From Octopus sinensis (taxonomy: Eukaryota): a DNA stretch of 64,000 nucleotides. Under the pieces are notes generated by a model. The model had not been told where the DNA came from and did no database searches. It was given only the letters and a program-made list of their open reading frames with translations. The stretch is taken from positions 153,760,001-153,824,000 of the forward strand of contig NC_042999.1 in NCBI RefSeq assembly GCF_006345805.1, written 5' to 3'. This document shows, one piece after another, positions 13,303 through 25,183 of the stretch. The position numbers and the translations under genes were made by a program. Position 1 is the stretch's first letter. Each line of letters opens with the position of its first letter.

Positions 13303-14422
13303 TTGAAAATAATTCAAAATTGGAAGAAGCAGAACCACGTCCGAAGAGATTAAAGCACAACCGCCACCAACACCATCATCACATTCAGCCACCAAACTGA
13401 TTTTTGCCAGCTGAGTAGATAAGAGCAACGTGAAATGGAGAGTCTTGTTCAAGGACAGAATGCACCGTCGGGAATCGAACTCCTTTCACTTTCACCCTGA
13501 ACATAAAGAACCAGAACATATACATTGTAGTAATTGCTGTAGCGATCTCGCCAACCCACAACCCTGGATTGGTAGCCCTAGCATAGATACTTATGTTAAA
13601 GAGTTGACCGGAAGTACAGCAATTATGGCCACCTGTCGTGTTTTTGCAATAAAGGTTTCTAATTTAGGAACAAGGCCATCGATCTTGAGTGGTGGGAAGA
13701 GTCGGTATCATCATCTTTTGTACTTGACTGTTGCTTTATTCCATCGACACCGGAGGAACGGAAAGCAAAGTTGGTTGACCTCGACGCGATTTGAACTCAG
13801 AGCACGACGAGTTGGAACAGATACGGCAAAACATTTTTGTTCGACGCTCTAACGATTTCACTATCCTACAACCCTAGGCTATCAGCGTTATCATAGAGAA
13901 ATTTTAAAAGGGTTAAAGGGAAATACAGCTCTAAGGATAGCTACTTGTCATTTTCGTGACAATAGGGAACAGAAATGACAACCAGGTCTTGTATGTCTGT
14001 GCGTCGGATAGAATTTCTTTTCTTGTCAAACTAAGTTTAGAAAGTTTTGCCCTGCTCCTTCGCTCTGTTTTGACCTTCCTCACAAAAGTATCGGCCAACT
14101 CATCAATCATAACAAATGAGAAAAATATATTCAGACAATAAATGTAAAAACAATTTTGCAGGTATTTCCTCTCCAGAGACCATAGCGGTCTAACAACTGA
14201 CAGATTGACACATCAATCGTGTTGGGTCTCATAAGACTGTCTGTATATCAGTATGTAGGCATGACTGATTTTATGTATGTATGTATGTATGTATGTATGT
14301 ATGTATGTATGTATGTATGTATGTATGTATGTATGTATGTCTGACTATCTATCTGTCTGTCTGTCTGTCTATCCATCCATCCAGCCATCAATCTATCTAG
14401 TCATCCATCTATCTAGCCATCC

Positions 14423-14504
<82 letters not shown>

Positions 14505-15511
14505 TTGTTCTATCTGTGTGCAGCCCTGTGTGGCTAATAAAGAAACATATCTATCTATCTATCTGTCTGTCTGTCTGTCTGTTTGTCTATCTATCTATCT
14601 GTCTGTCTGTCTGTCTATCTATCTATTGAAGTGCGTGTGTATGTGTGTATGTATGTATGTATGTATGTATGTTATGTCTATAATTGTGTTTGTATGTTAG
14701 TGTGTGCGTGTATATTCTATATAGATACGTATGGTTATATTTATTATGTAGGTAGGTATGTGTTTCTGTGTATGTAGGAATGGTGTCTGTATGTGTATGT
14801 ATACGCATGTTGATATATATATATATGCATGCATGCATGTGTATCGATGCATGTACATGTATATATGTATCTATATGTCTAAATGTATATGTATGCATGC
14901 ACACATTATATATATTCGTGTATGAGTATGTATGTTTTATTCTTCTTAAGATTAGTACAGATTAGTCTATCAGTTTGTTGAAAACCTCGTTTTTTTTTAT
15001 TAACTTTTACTGAAGCACTTAGCAACATAACAAAGTGCACCAAGAATTGTAGATACAAATGTAAACTTATAATCAAGTTAGAGAAGTTGTACGTTTCGAA
15101 GGAACTGACTATAAATGCGCTCTTATCAAACTTGAGTGAAATGTCCACCCTCAATGAACAAGAAGCCACAAATAATACAGTACATAGTTTTCGTTTTTTA
15201 TCCTCCAAACACACAGCAGGGAATTTGTGTTCATTTACTGAAGGTTTTGCTTGGAATGTTCCACAAATATTCCTTATTTTGAAATATATGAATACACACA
15301 ACATCAAAAATACTTTTTAGTTATATTCCATGCAGTCTTTCTCATGGATTATAATGTGTATTGTTTTACATGTGCTACAAGCACAAAACCTGAAATTTTC
15401 TGGGGTGGGGCTAGTCGATTACAATCCCAGTGCTCAACTGGTACTTATTTTATCGATCATAAAAAGATGAAAGGCAAAGTCGAACTCTTTGACACTCTGA
15501 ATTCAAATACC

Positions 15512-15745
15512 TATTTCTTTACTACCCACAAGGGGCTAAACACAGAGAGGACGAACAAGGACAGACAAACGGATTAAGTCGATTACAGTCGACCCCAGTG
15601 CATAACTGGTACGTATTTAATCGACCCCGAAAGGATGAAAGGCAAAGTCGACCTCGGCGGAATTTGAACTCAGAACGTAACGGCAGACGAAATACGGCTA
15701 CGCATTTCGCCTTGCGTGCTAACGTTTCTGCCAGCTCGCCGCCTT
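15512..15745 (-). mobile_element. Full-length SINE-A with Tx1-like tail, flanked by an 11-bp TSD
   Basis: attcaaatacc occurs at 15501-15511 and 15746-15756 (GGTATTTGAAT on the element strand). Confidence 0.88.
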
Positions 15746-17793
15746 ATTCAAATACCGCCTTTGTTTTTCATCTTTTCAGGCTCGATAAAATAAATACCAG
15801 TTGAGTACTGGGGTCGATGTTATCGAGTACTCGCTCTCCCAAAATCTCAGACCTCACGCAGAAAGATAAAAATATATATTGTTTTAGCAACGGCGTCATC
15901 TTATATGGAAAGATAATATCTTGATGACATTTTAAGCAGATGCTAATCTCATTTGTAACATCTTCAAATTTGTCACATAATTGACATTTTCGGTCGCATC
16001 TTGGAGGTCTTAAGGGCATCGTTGTCTCCTTTGTTCAAAGGCTATTTAGTAATCACTCTGTCTGTCTCTTGAATTACAGAAGTATAACCTTTAATATGTG
16101 ACTCGATGTAGTGGTCACCTGCCCAAGAAAGACGGCATTTCTTGTCGATGTTGGTATGATTCTTTCGTTTTCAAGGAAACGTATCAACGCATAACATTTC
16201 AGAGACAAAGAAATCGCCCCCGGTACTTATTTTGTAAATATGGTACATCTTCTTTTGATCTCTTTAGTCGAACCGCTAAGTTATGGGAACACAAACAAAG
16301 CAACACTGATTTTCAAGTGATGGTGGGCGTGAAATACACAGACAAAAGACTCAACCATATAGGTACACACACATAAATATACATGTATATATACATATAT
16401 GTCTATGTATATGCGTGCGTGTGTGTGTGTGTGTGTGTGTGGTGTGTGTGTGTGTGTGTGTGTGCATGTGTGCATGTGTATGTGTGTGTGTACACACGAT
16501 AGGCTTCCTTACAGGTTTCGTCAATCAAATTCAATCACAAGTTGTTATTTGGTTCAGAGTTATAGTAGAAGACACTTGCCCTGTGTGCCACACGGTGGCA
16601 CTGAAGCCAACCAAAACTGCATGGCTGCAAAGCGAACTACTTAACCACGTGGTCACGCCTGCGCCTATACAGAATTTTTCTCCGCCATGTAATAATTGAG
16701 ATACGAACAACCAGCAGTTTAGGATCACACGGAATGTAACCAGGAGCCGATTGCTTCGCTCATATGATGTTGCTCTCCACACTTCTTATCATGTGATCGA
16801 TATACAATTGAGAATACCATATTCGAAATTCTTGGAATAGCAAGTATTGCAGATTTTGGAGTTTATCTATATTTGCAGCTATAAAACCAGATGGAATCCA
16901 AGTCTAAACAGAATATCCATTTATATTTCCTAATATAGCTTATTCATAAACCCTGAATGTAGTTTTGTATAAATTTTTGGTAATGTCTTCTACATAATAC
17001 CATCAGTAAAGAAGATGTCAGTCTCCACCTACGATCTAATATTTTGATTAAAAGGTTAAAGTATGCCATTTTGGTTTTTATGTTTTACTATAGAGGTATT
17101 AGGTTTTATGTAAAAAAAAATGTATTGAGCATGTTAACTGGTGAATAAAATGGAAGGTGAAAAGAAGTCAGTATCTTATTTTCAAAGCAGTGAGCAAGTA
17201 ATGACATTCTTTTTGTTACACTTCTACGTGGAGCTGACATTGAGAGCTCAAGTAAAACAAATTTATCAGATATAGTGAGAGAGAGAGAGAGAGCGAGAAA
17301 GAGAACGGGAGAAGGGAAGAAAGAGGGGGAAAAAGAGGGAGAGAATGAGAGAGAGAGAATAACCAGTTTTTGTAGAAATTTGTGATCGTCTGCTTTTATG
17401 ATATACGTAAATCAAAACAAAACAAAACATCGTTATCACTGCTTCCAAGCTTGAAAATAAATGCCAGCCTCCATTGATGCGACAACGTCAGATCCCAGCA
17501 CTTTATAGAATTTTCCATTTGTGGCATATCATGTTAGCATTCAAAAAAGCTTTTGGATTTGGGAGGTTTTCACATTTTGGAATTTCGGATAAAGGATTTT
17601 CAACTGTGTCAGTTCATTACTTTCCGAATTGATCTTAAGATTCTTCCATATCTTTTCTCCCGAGACACTTTGGGGATAACATTATTTTTGACTTTGGTAT
17701 AAAGACGCAATTTTGTGGTTAGGGGTAGCAATCGTCCCCCCCACACACACACACACGCACACATACACATAGACACCTACCCAACCTATATTT

Positions 17794-18220
17794 GGGATCT
17801 TTTCGGTTTGAACGGCAGTTTTTTCTAGCGGTGTCATATGAAATTGTCACCCATAATTATGACCCTAGTATCGATCTATTGCATTTCAATCTGTTTTAGG
17901 GTTAGGGTTAGGGTTAGGGGTGGGAAGAAGGGTATCTTTTTTTCTTCACAAATGTAAATAAACCCAATCTGTTTCTTAAACGAGGGGACATATTCATACG
18001 GCACAGAATGTTTTTTTTACCTCAATAGACGTCATTGATTGGTTGAAATTACAGAAATTGAAGAAAAAACAACAAATATCTTACAAACTATAGAATTTTC
18101 TCAATAAAGCCAAGAGAAAAAGATGTTTTATAAACACATTCTACCAGTATACGAAGTTTAAATGTGTTTAGTTACGTGGAAATTATTTTTAAAAACTGCC
18201 AGTCAAACCGAAAAGATCCC
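17794..18220. mobile_element. 427-bp MITE with about 29-bp TIRs, 6-bp TSD and internal (TTAGGG)4
   Basis: GGGATCTTTTCGGTTTGAACGGCAGTTTT ... AAAACTGCCAGTCAAACCGAAAAGATCCC; atattt on both sides; ttagggttagggttagggttaggg at 17896-17919. Confidence 0.85.
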
Positions 18221-18608
18221 ATATTTGACCTAACCAACCTAACCAACCTATATTTGACCAGCACTAAATTTATAAAATCCGAAGTATTATGAAATACATC
18301 CTTAGGATCTTGAATTCAAAACATAAAGGTATAGACAAAAAATTACAAAGCTTATTGTATGAAAGCGAGTGGTCTAGCGGTTCGGGTGTTGCGCTCATGA
18401 CCGCAAGATCATGGTTTCCATTCCCAGACAGGCGGTGCATATTATGTCTTTGAACAAAACTTCAATTTACGTTGCTCTGATCCACTCAACTGTGAGTTAC
18501 CCTGCAACAGACTAGCGTCCTGTCCAGGAGCGATGTTGTCATCTCGGTCACCTACATGCAGTGGAAACCAGTTAACCAGCCGTATATGTCCAAGTGCACG
18601 AGACGGTA

Positions 18609-18801
18609 TTCTTTTACTCTTTTACTTGTTTCAGTCATGTGACTGTGGCCATGCTGGAGCACCACCTTTAGTCGATGAAATCGACCCCAGGACTTTGTAA
18701 GCCTAGTACTATTCTTTCGGTATCTTTTGCCGAACCGCTAAGTTACGGAGGCGTAAACACACCTGCATAAGTTGTCAACGATGTTGGGGAGACAAACATA
18801 T

Positions 18802-18838
<37 letters not shown>

Positions 18839-19004
18839 CATAGATACGACGGGCTTCTTTCAGTTTCCGTCTATCAAATCCACTCACAAGGCTTTGGTCG
18901 GCCTGAGGCTATAGTAGAAGACACTTGCCCAAGGTGCCACGCAGTGGGACTGAACCCGGAACCATGTGGTTGGTAAACAAGCTACTTACCACACAGCCAC
19001 TCCT
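18609..19004 (-). mobile_element. Full-length SINE family B (head ggagtggctgtgtggtaagtagc..., internal TA/CA tract, tail gaaacaagtaaaagagtaaaaga)
   Basis: Reverse complement of the copy at 49734-50145. Partial copies at about 4780-4980, 10147-10320, 16130-16660, 21940-22180, 23855-24060, 26935-27075, 27985-28170, 39285-39430 and 61690-62045. Confidence 0.85.
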
Positions 19005-19119
19005 CACAACTTATTGTGACATCAATTCTTTTCTTTATTTAAAAGTTCTTACAATAAAGTTTAGCTTCACTTAAAAAACATAAGTTAAATAATGACCAGT
19101 TAGATATAACTTGTAGTAG

Positions 19120-19671
19120 GGTCACTTACAAACAAATGAGGCTCTTTGGAGCAATGAAAAGGGAGGGAGAGAGAGAGAGAGAGAGAGAGAAAGGGAGAAA
19201 AAAGTGGGAGAGTGAGGGAGAGAGAGTGTGAGAGAGAGAAGCAGTCAGGCAGAAAGGTGAGGCTCTTTACAGCAAGGAAAGAAAAGTGACGCACCTTATA
19301 ACCAAGAAAGAGTGAGAAAGATGAAAAGAGAGATAGTATGCATGAGAGAGAGATAGAAAAAGAGAGAGAGAAAGAGATGAGATTCCTTACAGCAAAGGCA
19401 AAAAGTGTGAGAGAGAAAAAAGCAGGAGAGAGAAAGAGGGGGAGAGAGAAATAGAGAGAGAGAGGGTGAAAGAGAGAGAGAAACAAAGCGACAGGGAGAC
19501 GGAGACTGAGAGAAAGGTAAGGCTCTCTTTACAACAAAGAAAGAGAAAGAGATGTGGAGAGAGAGAGAGCAAAATAGAGAGAGAGGGAGAGAGGGAGAGA
19601 ATGAGAGAGGAAGGAAGAAAGAAAGAAAGAAAGAAAGAAATAGTAGTGATGTTCCTTAGAGCAATGAGAGG

Positions 19672-19712
<41 letters not shown>

Positions 19713-19930
19713 TTAGAGAGAAAGGCAAGCAAGCAGACAGAGAGACAGACAGAAAGGTGAGGCTTTTTACAACAAAAGGAGAGAGAGAAAGAGAGAAAAA
19801 CGAAAAGAGAGATAGTAAGAGAGAGAGAGAGAAAGAGCGAGAAAGGGAAAGGGAGAGAGGAAGAAAGAAGGAGAGAAAGAAAGAGGGAGAGAGAGAGAGA
19901 GAGAAAGAAGGAAAGAGAAAGAATACCTGA
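19120..19930. repeat. GA-rich degenerate minisatellite, period roughly 120 bp
   Basis: The motif aaaggtgaggctctttacagcaa recurs at about 19137, 19255, 19375, 19513, 19650 and 19752 between (GA)n tracts. Confidence 0.7.
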
Positions 19931-20448
19931 TGTCTGCAGAAATTTGTGATCGTCTGCTTTAATGATATACGTAAAATGAAGAAAAATTCGTAGATCTGAT
20001 AAAATATTTCATGTATTTTTAGGCACCTTTACATGGTGGCAGAAACTATGGAGTATCGACTTTTCTCATTGTTTGCAGATTTATTTCATCTAACTGGCGC
20101 CATTAGAAAGAAATAAAGTAGATTCCAATGAAACGAGGTCAAAGCAAATGAAATAGGGTTTGGGTATGAAATGATTGCATCTCCATTGTGGATATATGTA
20201 GTCTTTGAGAACGAGTTACCTTCAAATACATACATATGTATATACATACACAGACACATATACATATACACTTTGTATGAGTGTATGTATGTATGTATGT
20301 ATGTATGTATGTATGTATGTATGTATGTATGTATGTATGTATGTATATATATATATATTATATATATGTGTGTGTGTGTGTGTGTGTGGTGTGTGTGTGT
20401 GTGTGTATGTGTACGTATGTATATATATATATGCATATATATATGTAC

Positions 20449-20482
<34 letters not shown>

Positions 20483-20488
<6 letters not shown>

Positions 20489-20538
20489 TGTATGAGTGAT
20501 TGCATGGATGTATCTCTCTCTTTCTCTCCCTATGTATA

Positions 20539-20576
<38 letters not shown>

Positions 20577-20587
20577 TATATATAGAT

Positions 20588-20619
<32 letters not shown>

Positions 20620-20834
20620 AGACATGCATATGTAGAAACGTATACCCATAATTGTATGCACACACACATATATACAGTATATATTAGAGGGGTGTATGAA
20701 ACGTTTTCAGCCTTCAAGGCCTTTGAGCCTTGAAGTCTTGTACTTTCATCAGAAGTCCTGTACCATATTTTGTTTTTTTTGAGGCTCAAGACTTTTCATA
20801 CATACATACATACATGCATACATACATACATACA

Positions 20835-20869
<35 letters not shown>

Positions 20870-21038
20870 GTGTGCGTGTATACATATATATAAATGCACA
20901 CGCCCACATTGTATATACGTCATATATATACGTACTAAGTGTGCGTGAGCGTGTGTGCATGTATATATAATATATATATATACACATTGTATGAGTGATT
21001 GCATGGATGTATCTCTCTCTTTCTCTCCCTATGTATAT

Positions 21039-21074
<36 letters not shown>

Positions 21075-21093
21075 GATATATATATATATAGAT

Positions 21094-21125
<32 letters not shown>

Positions 21126-21336
21126 AGACATGCATATGTAGAAACGTATACCCATAATTGTATGCACACACACATATATACAGTATATATTAGAGGGGTG
21201 TATGAAACGTTTTCAGCCTTCAAGGCCTTTGAGCCTTGAAGTCTTGTACTTTCATCAGAAGTCCTGTACCATATTTTGTTTTTTTTGAGGCTCAAGACTT
21301 TTCATACATACATACATACATGCATACATACATACA

Positions 21337-21371
<35 letters not shown>

Positions 21372-21460
21372 GTGTGCGTGTATACATATATATAAATGCA
21401 CACGCCCACATTGTATATACGTCATATATATACGTACTAAGTGTGCGTGAGCGTGTGTGC

Positions 21461-21500
<40 letters not shown>
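20483..21500. repeat. About 500-bp tandem duplication containing microsatellites and a small mariner-like MITE
   Basis: acacattgtatgagtgattgcatgg starts at 20483 and 20982. Each unit contains gaggggtgtatgaaacgttttcagcct...aggctcaagacttttcatac TIR-like ends. Confidence 0.85.
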
Positions 21501-21531
<31 letters not shown>

Positions 21532-22977
21532 TAATAGATAGATACGTACATACATACGACATACATAATACATACATGCATGCGTACATACGTACGTATG
21601 TATGTATGTATGTATGTATGTATTATGTATGCATGCATGCATGTATGTATGTATGGGTATAATCACAACGATTAGGTCGAACGAAACAATCATTCTTTTG
21701 GTGAAATAAGAGGCCAACATTTTATCTTATGATTCAATTGCCTGACTGTAGTTTTGACAACAAAACAACCGGGCAATATATCAATCACTCCTAGAAATGC
21801 CATCCACCCCCCATTCCCACCACCACTACCGCTTCCCATAAAATGCCACCACTGAACGCTTTGAAATAAATTTCTTTAAAAATAAAATTTATTTCTAAAT
21901 ATTCTGGAGGTGAATAGGGTATTCTGTTATTCTTGGGGTTTTTTTTTCACTTGTTCTAATCATTTGAGTGTGGCCACGCTGGAGCACCGCCTTAAAGTGT
22001 TTTAGTCGAGGAAATCGCCCCTAGGAGTTACTGTTTGTAAACCATGTACTTATTCTATTAGTCAGTTTTTGTCGAACCGCTAGGTTACGGGAACGTAAAC
22101 ACACCTACATAGGTTGTCTAGTGATAATGGGTGGGTGGGCGGGCAAACACAAAGACATACACACACACACACATATATATATATATTAACAGTTATCGCC
22201 AAGTTAATATGGCAGTCCATAAATATAGGACTAAAGCTGCCGTTGATTAGCTCCAAGCTTTCTTTTTTCCGCCCCCTTAGAAATTAATAATTACAAATTT
22301 CATCAATGGAGAAGATTTTTTAAAGACATCTGGTGAAAAATTGAAATACTTCAAGTGGTTGGAAAAAATTTAAGAAGATTCCGGCCCTTTGGACGTTCTG
22401 AATAGCACACCAAACAAAAAATTACTTTGAATTTTTTAATAGTGCAGCCCAACTTACAATGGGCCATATATCATGCGACCCGTTTCTCGAAAACAATTGC
22501 TTACGACTGGTATAAGCGTTTCAGGGTTATAAATATAATTTTATCGTTTTGGTTGTCATTGCCTGGTGCTTGATGGTCAATGAAAATGGTATTAAGTTGT
22601 AATTCACAAGCCTTCTCTTTTTTCTTCTTTTTTTCTATAAGTGAAATCCTTTAGCATTTCTAAATGGTTCCCATAAAACGGTAGAGTGGCTGTCATGTGT
22701 TGCTACGAGTTACGTTAAATAAGATCCTCGCCCATCAAGGACGGAGTCTCTCAGCAAACGAGGGGGTTCACTAAGGTTAGATGCTATTAAATATTCTAAT
22801 AGCATTGGACGCCGCTTGTAGGGGAATTTCACCTCCTCCCCACTATTCTGCTTACCCTATCCATTCCCATCACTAGAATCTCAACAATAACTGTTACCAA
22901 GCAATTTCCCATTCTGATCCATCTGGGCCAAATCAGTCATTCCGTTGACCACATTTTCTTCAATATATAAGATAAAA

Positions 22978-23782
22978 AAGGCGGCGAGTTGGCAGAAACG
23001 TTAGCACGCCGGGCGAAATGCTTAGCGGTATTTCGTCTGCCGTTATGTTCTGAGTTCAAATTCCGCCGAGGTCGACTTTGCCTTTCATACTTTCGGGGTC
23101 GATTAAATAAGTAACAGTTACGCACTGGGGTCGATATAATCGACTTTATCCGTTTGTCTGTCCTTGTTTGTCCTCTCTGTGTTTAGCCCCTTGTGGGCAG
23201 TGAAGAAATAGGTATTTCGTCCGCCTTTACGTTCTGAGTCCAAATTCCACCGAGGTCGACTTTGCCTTTCATCCTTTCGGGGTTGATTAAATAAGTACCA
23301 GTTACGCACTGGGGATCGATATAATCGACTTAATCCGTTTGTTTGTCCTTGTTTGTCCCCTCTGTGTGTAGCCCCTTGTGGGCAGTGAAGAAATAAGAAA
23401 CGTTAGCACTCCAGGCGAAATGCTTAGCGGTATTTCGTCTGCCTTTACGTTCTGAGTTCAAATTCTGCCGAGGTCGGCTTTGCCTTTCATCCTTTCGGGG
23501 TCGATAAATTAAGTACCAGTTACGCACTGGGGTCGATGTAATCGAATTAATACCAATGTCTATCCTTGTTTGTCCCCTCTATGTTTAGCCCCTTGTGGGT
23601 AATAAAGAAATAGGTATTTCGTCTGCCTTTACGTTCTGAGTTTAAATTCCGCCGAGGTCGACTTTCCCTTTCATCCTTTCGAGGTTGATAAATTAAGTGC
23701 CAGTTACGCACAGGGTTCGATCTAATCGACTGGCGCCCTCCCCCAAAGTTTCGGGCCTCGTGCCTACAGTAGAAAAGAGTAG
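22978..23782 (+). mobile_element. Four-unit SINE-A array with one head, three Tx1-type tails and a final A' tail
   Basis: Tail aagaaata joins internal SINE positions at about 23211, 23396 and 23613; units are diverged from one another. Confidence 0.88.
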
Positions 23783-24224
23783 ATAGAATAAAAAAAAGCA
23801 AACAAGTTTTATGAAATACTAATGAAAAAAAAGTAACATTTGATACTATATCTGTCTTTTATCTTTTACTTGTGTCAGTCATTGGACTGTGGCCATGTTG
23901 GAGCACCGTCTTGCAGTGTTTTAGTAGAACAGATCAGCTGTAGCACTTTTTAAAAAGTTTAGTATTTATACTAACTGTCACTTTTGCCGACGCTACGTTA
24001 CAGGGACGTAAACAAACGAACACATGTTATTGACCGAGCAGAAACATAGGCATAATCACACACACACACACACACAAACACACACATGCATACATATACA
24101 TACATATATATACATGTGTGTGTATGTGTGTGTATGTATTATGTATGCATGCATGTATGTATGAATATATGCATGTATGTATGTGTATATTGTTGAAATT
24201 TACAGAAAAACAAAAGACGAAGGC

Positions 24225-24320
24225 AGTTGTATGAACAACAAACAAGTGTATTAGTTTGACGCTCGGGAAAAAGAAAAAGTCTTTTACGTTTCGAGCTTAC
24301 GCTCTTCAACAGAAAGGAAT
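24225..24320 (-). mobile_element. Penelope-like element terminus with a minimal hammerhead-like motif
   Basis: Minus strand cttt CTGTTGA a gagc gtaa gctc GAAA cgta aaag, the compact type-I hammerhead layout known from Penelope-like elements. Confidence 0.6.
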
Positions 24321-24359
24321 ACGAAAAAATAAGATCCTCGCCCATCAAGGGCGGAGTCG

Positions 24360-24690
24360 ACAGGTGTTCAAAAAGTAACCGATCTTTGGGCACAAAAAAG
24401 TGCAATTTTGTGCATTTCACAATTTTTAATCAACCCTCTTCAAAATACAACCCATCGGAGTTCACACTCTTTTCCTGGCGGTTCTGCCATTGCAGGTAAC
24501 ATCTCTGGAATGCTATGGGACTCTGCCGTCGCTTTTCTTATAATTTCCTCTCGTGATTCCAATCATTTCCCCTTCAACGTGGTATTCAGTTTGCGGAAGT
24601 GCAAGAAGTCACACAGTGCCAAGTCGGGAAAATAGGGGGCCTGTCAAATAAGTGGTGCGTTGTTCTTGGCCAGGAAAGCTCGGATTACAA
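24360..24690 (-). mobile_element. Mariner transposase C-terminal fragment
   Basis: Minus strand AFLAKNNA...QAPYFPDLALCDFLHFRKLNTTLKGK (YSPDLAPCDF motif). Confidence 0.75.
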
Positions 24691-24769
24691 GGTTTGTTCA
24701 AAAACTATCCCGCTTTAGTTTTTTTCGCCGACATATATATACGCATATATATATATATATATATATATA

Positions 24770-24876
24770 TTTATTATATAGAAGGAGCTTCTACAGGACT
24801 AGAACTGTATCATTCAAGAGAAATCTTCTTGAATGAAACAGTTCTAGTCCTGTAGAAGCTCCTTCTATATAATAAA
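24770..24876. repeat. Near-perfect hairpin, 50-bp arms and 7-nt loop
   Basis: tttattatatagaaggagcttctacaggactagaactgt(a/t)tcattcaaga and its reverse complement, with one mismatch. Confidence 0.9.
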
Positions 24877-25028
24877 TTAATTTTACTCTGCTATGTATTG
24901 AGTACCTTATTTACTGTGGTTAACCCCGAATCAACCCGGGACCTACATATATATATATATATATATATGCATATATATAAATAGATATATGCATACGCAC
25001 ACACGCATATTTATGTATATATGTGTGC

Positions 25029-25070
<42 letters not shown>

Positions 25071-25183
25071 TTTTATTGTTTTACTCGTTCGAACCATTTT
25101 GACTGCGGCCATGTATATATACGTACATATATGTATAACAGCCTGCGTATATTCTAAACACTTTGTATGTTTCGCAGCCTATA

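Noticed and set aside
14906-15307. 133-aa minus-strand ORF with a hydrophobic stretch
   Set aside because: AT-rich composition explains the hydrophobicity, there is no recognisable motif or clear splice context, and its end runs into a microsatellite.
15768-16019. 83-aa minus-strand ORF with a CxxxCxxC...CxxC pattern
   Set aside because: It is short, its second half is SINE sequence, and I cannot assign it to a zinc-finger family without a search.
16780-17020. Minus-strand reading resembling a CR1/L2 RT C-terminus (NLYKT...IDKLQNLQ)
   Set aside because: Too degenerate, with multiple stops, to call by eye.
17896-17919. (TTAGGG)4 as a sign of a telomere or chromosome fusion
   Set aside because: Only four units, enclosed within a MITE.
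20700-20752. CTGATGA...GAAA on the minus strand resembling a hammerhead core
   Set aside because: No stem I pairing; GAAAACGTTTC is part of a mariner-like TIR.
22978-23782. Regular repeats that might be read as a CRISPR array or tRNA cluster
   Set aside because: Units are about 185-220-bp SINE bodies with no unique spacers and no cloverleaf, in a eukaryotic context.
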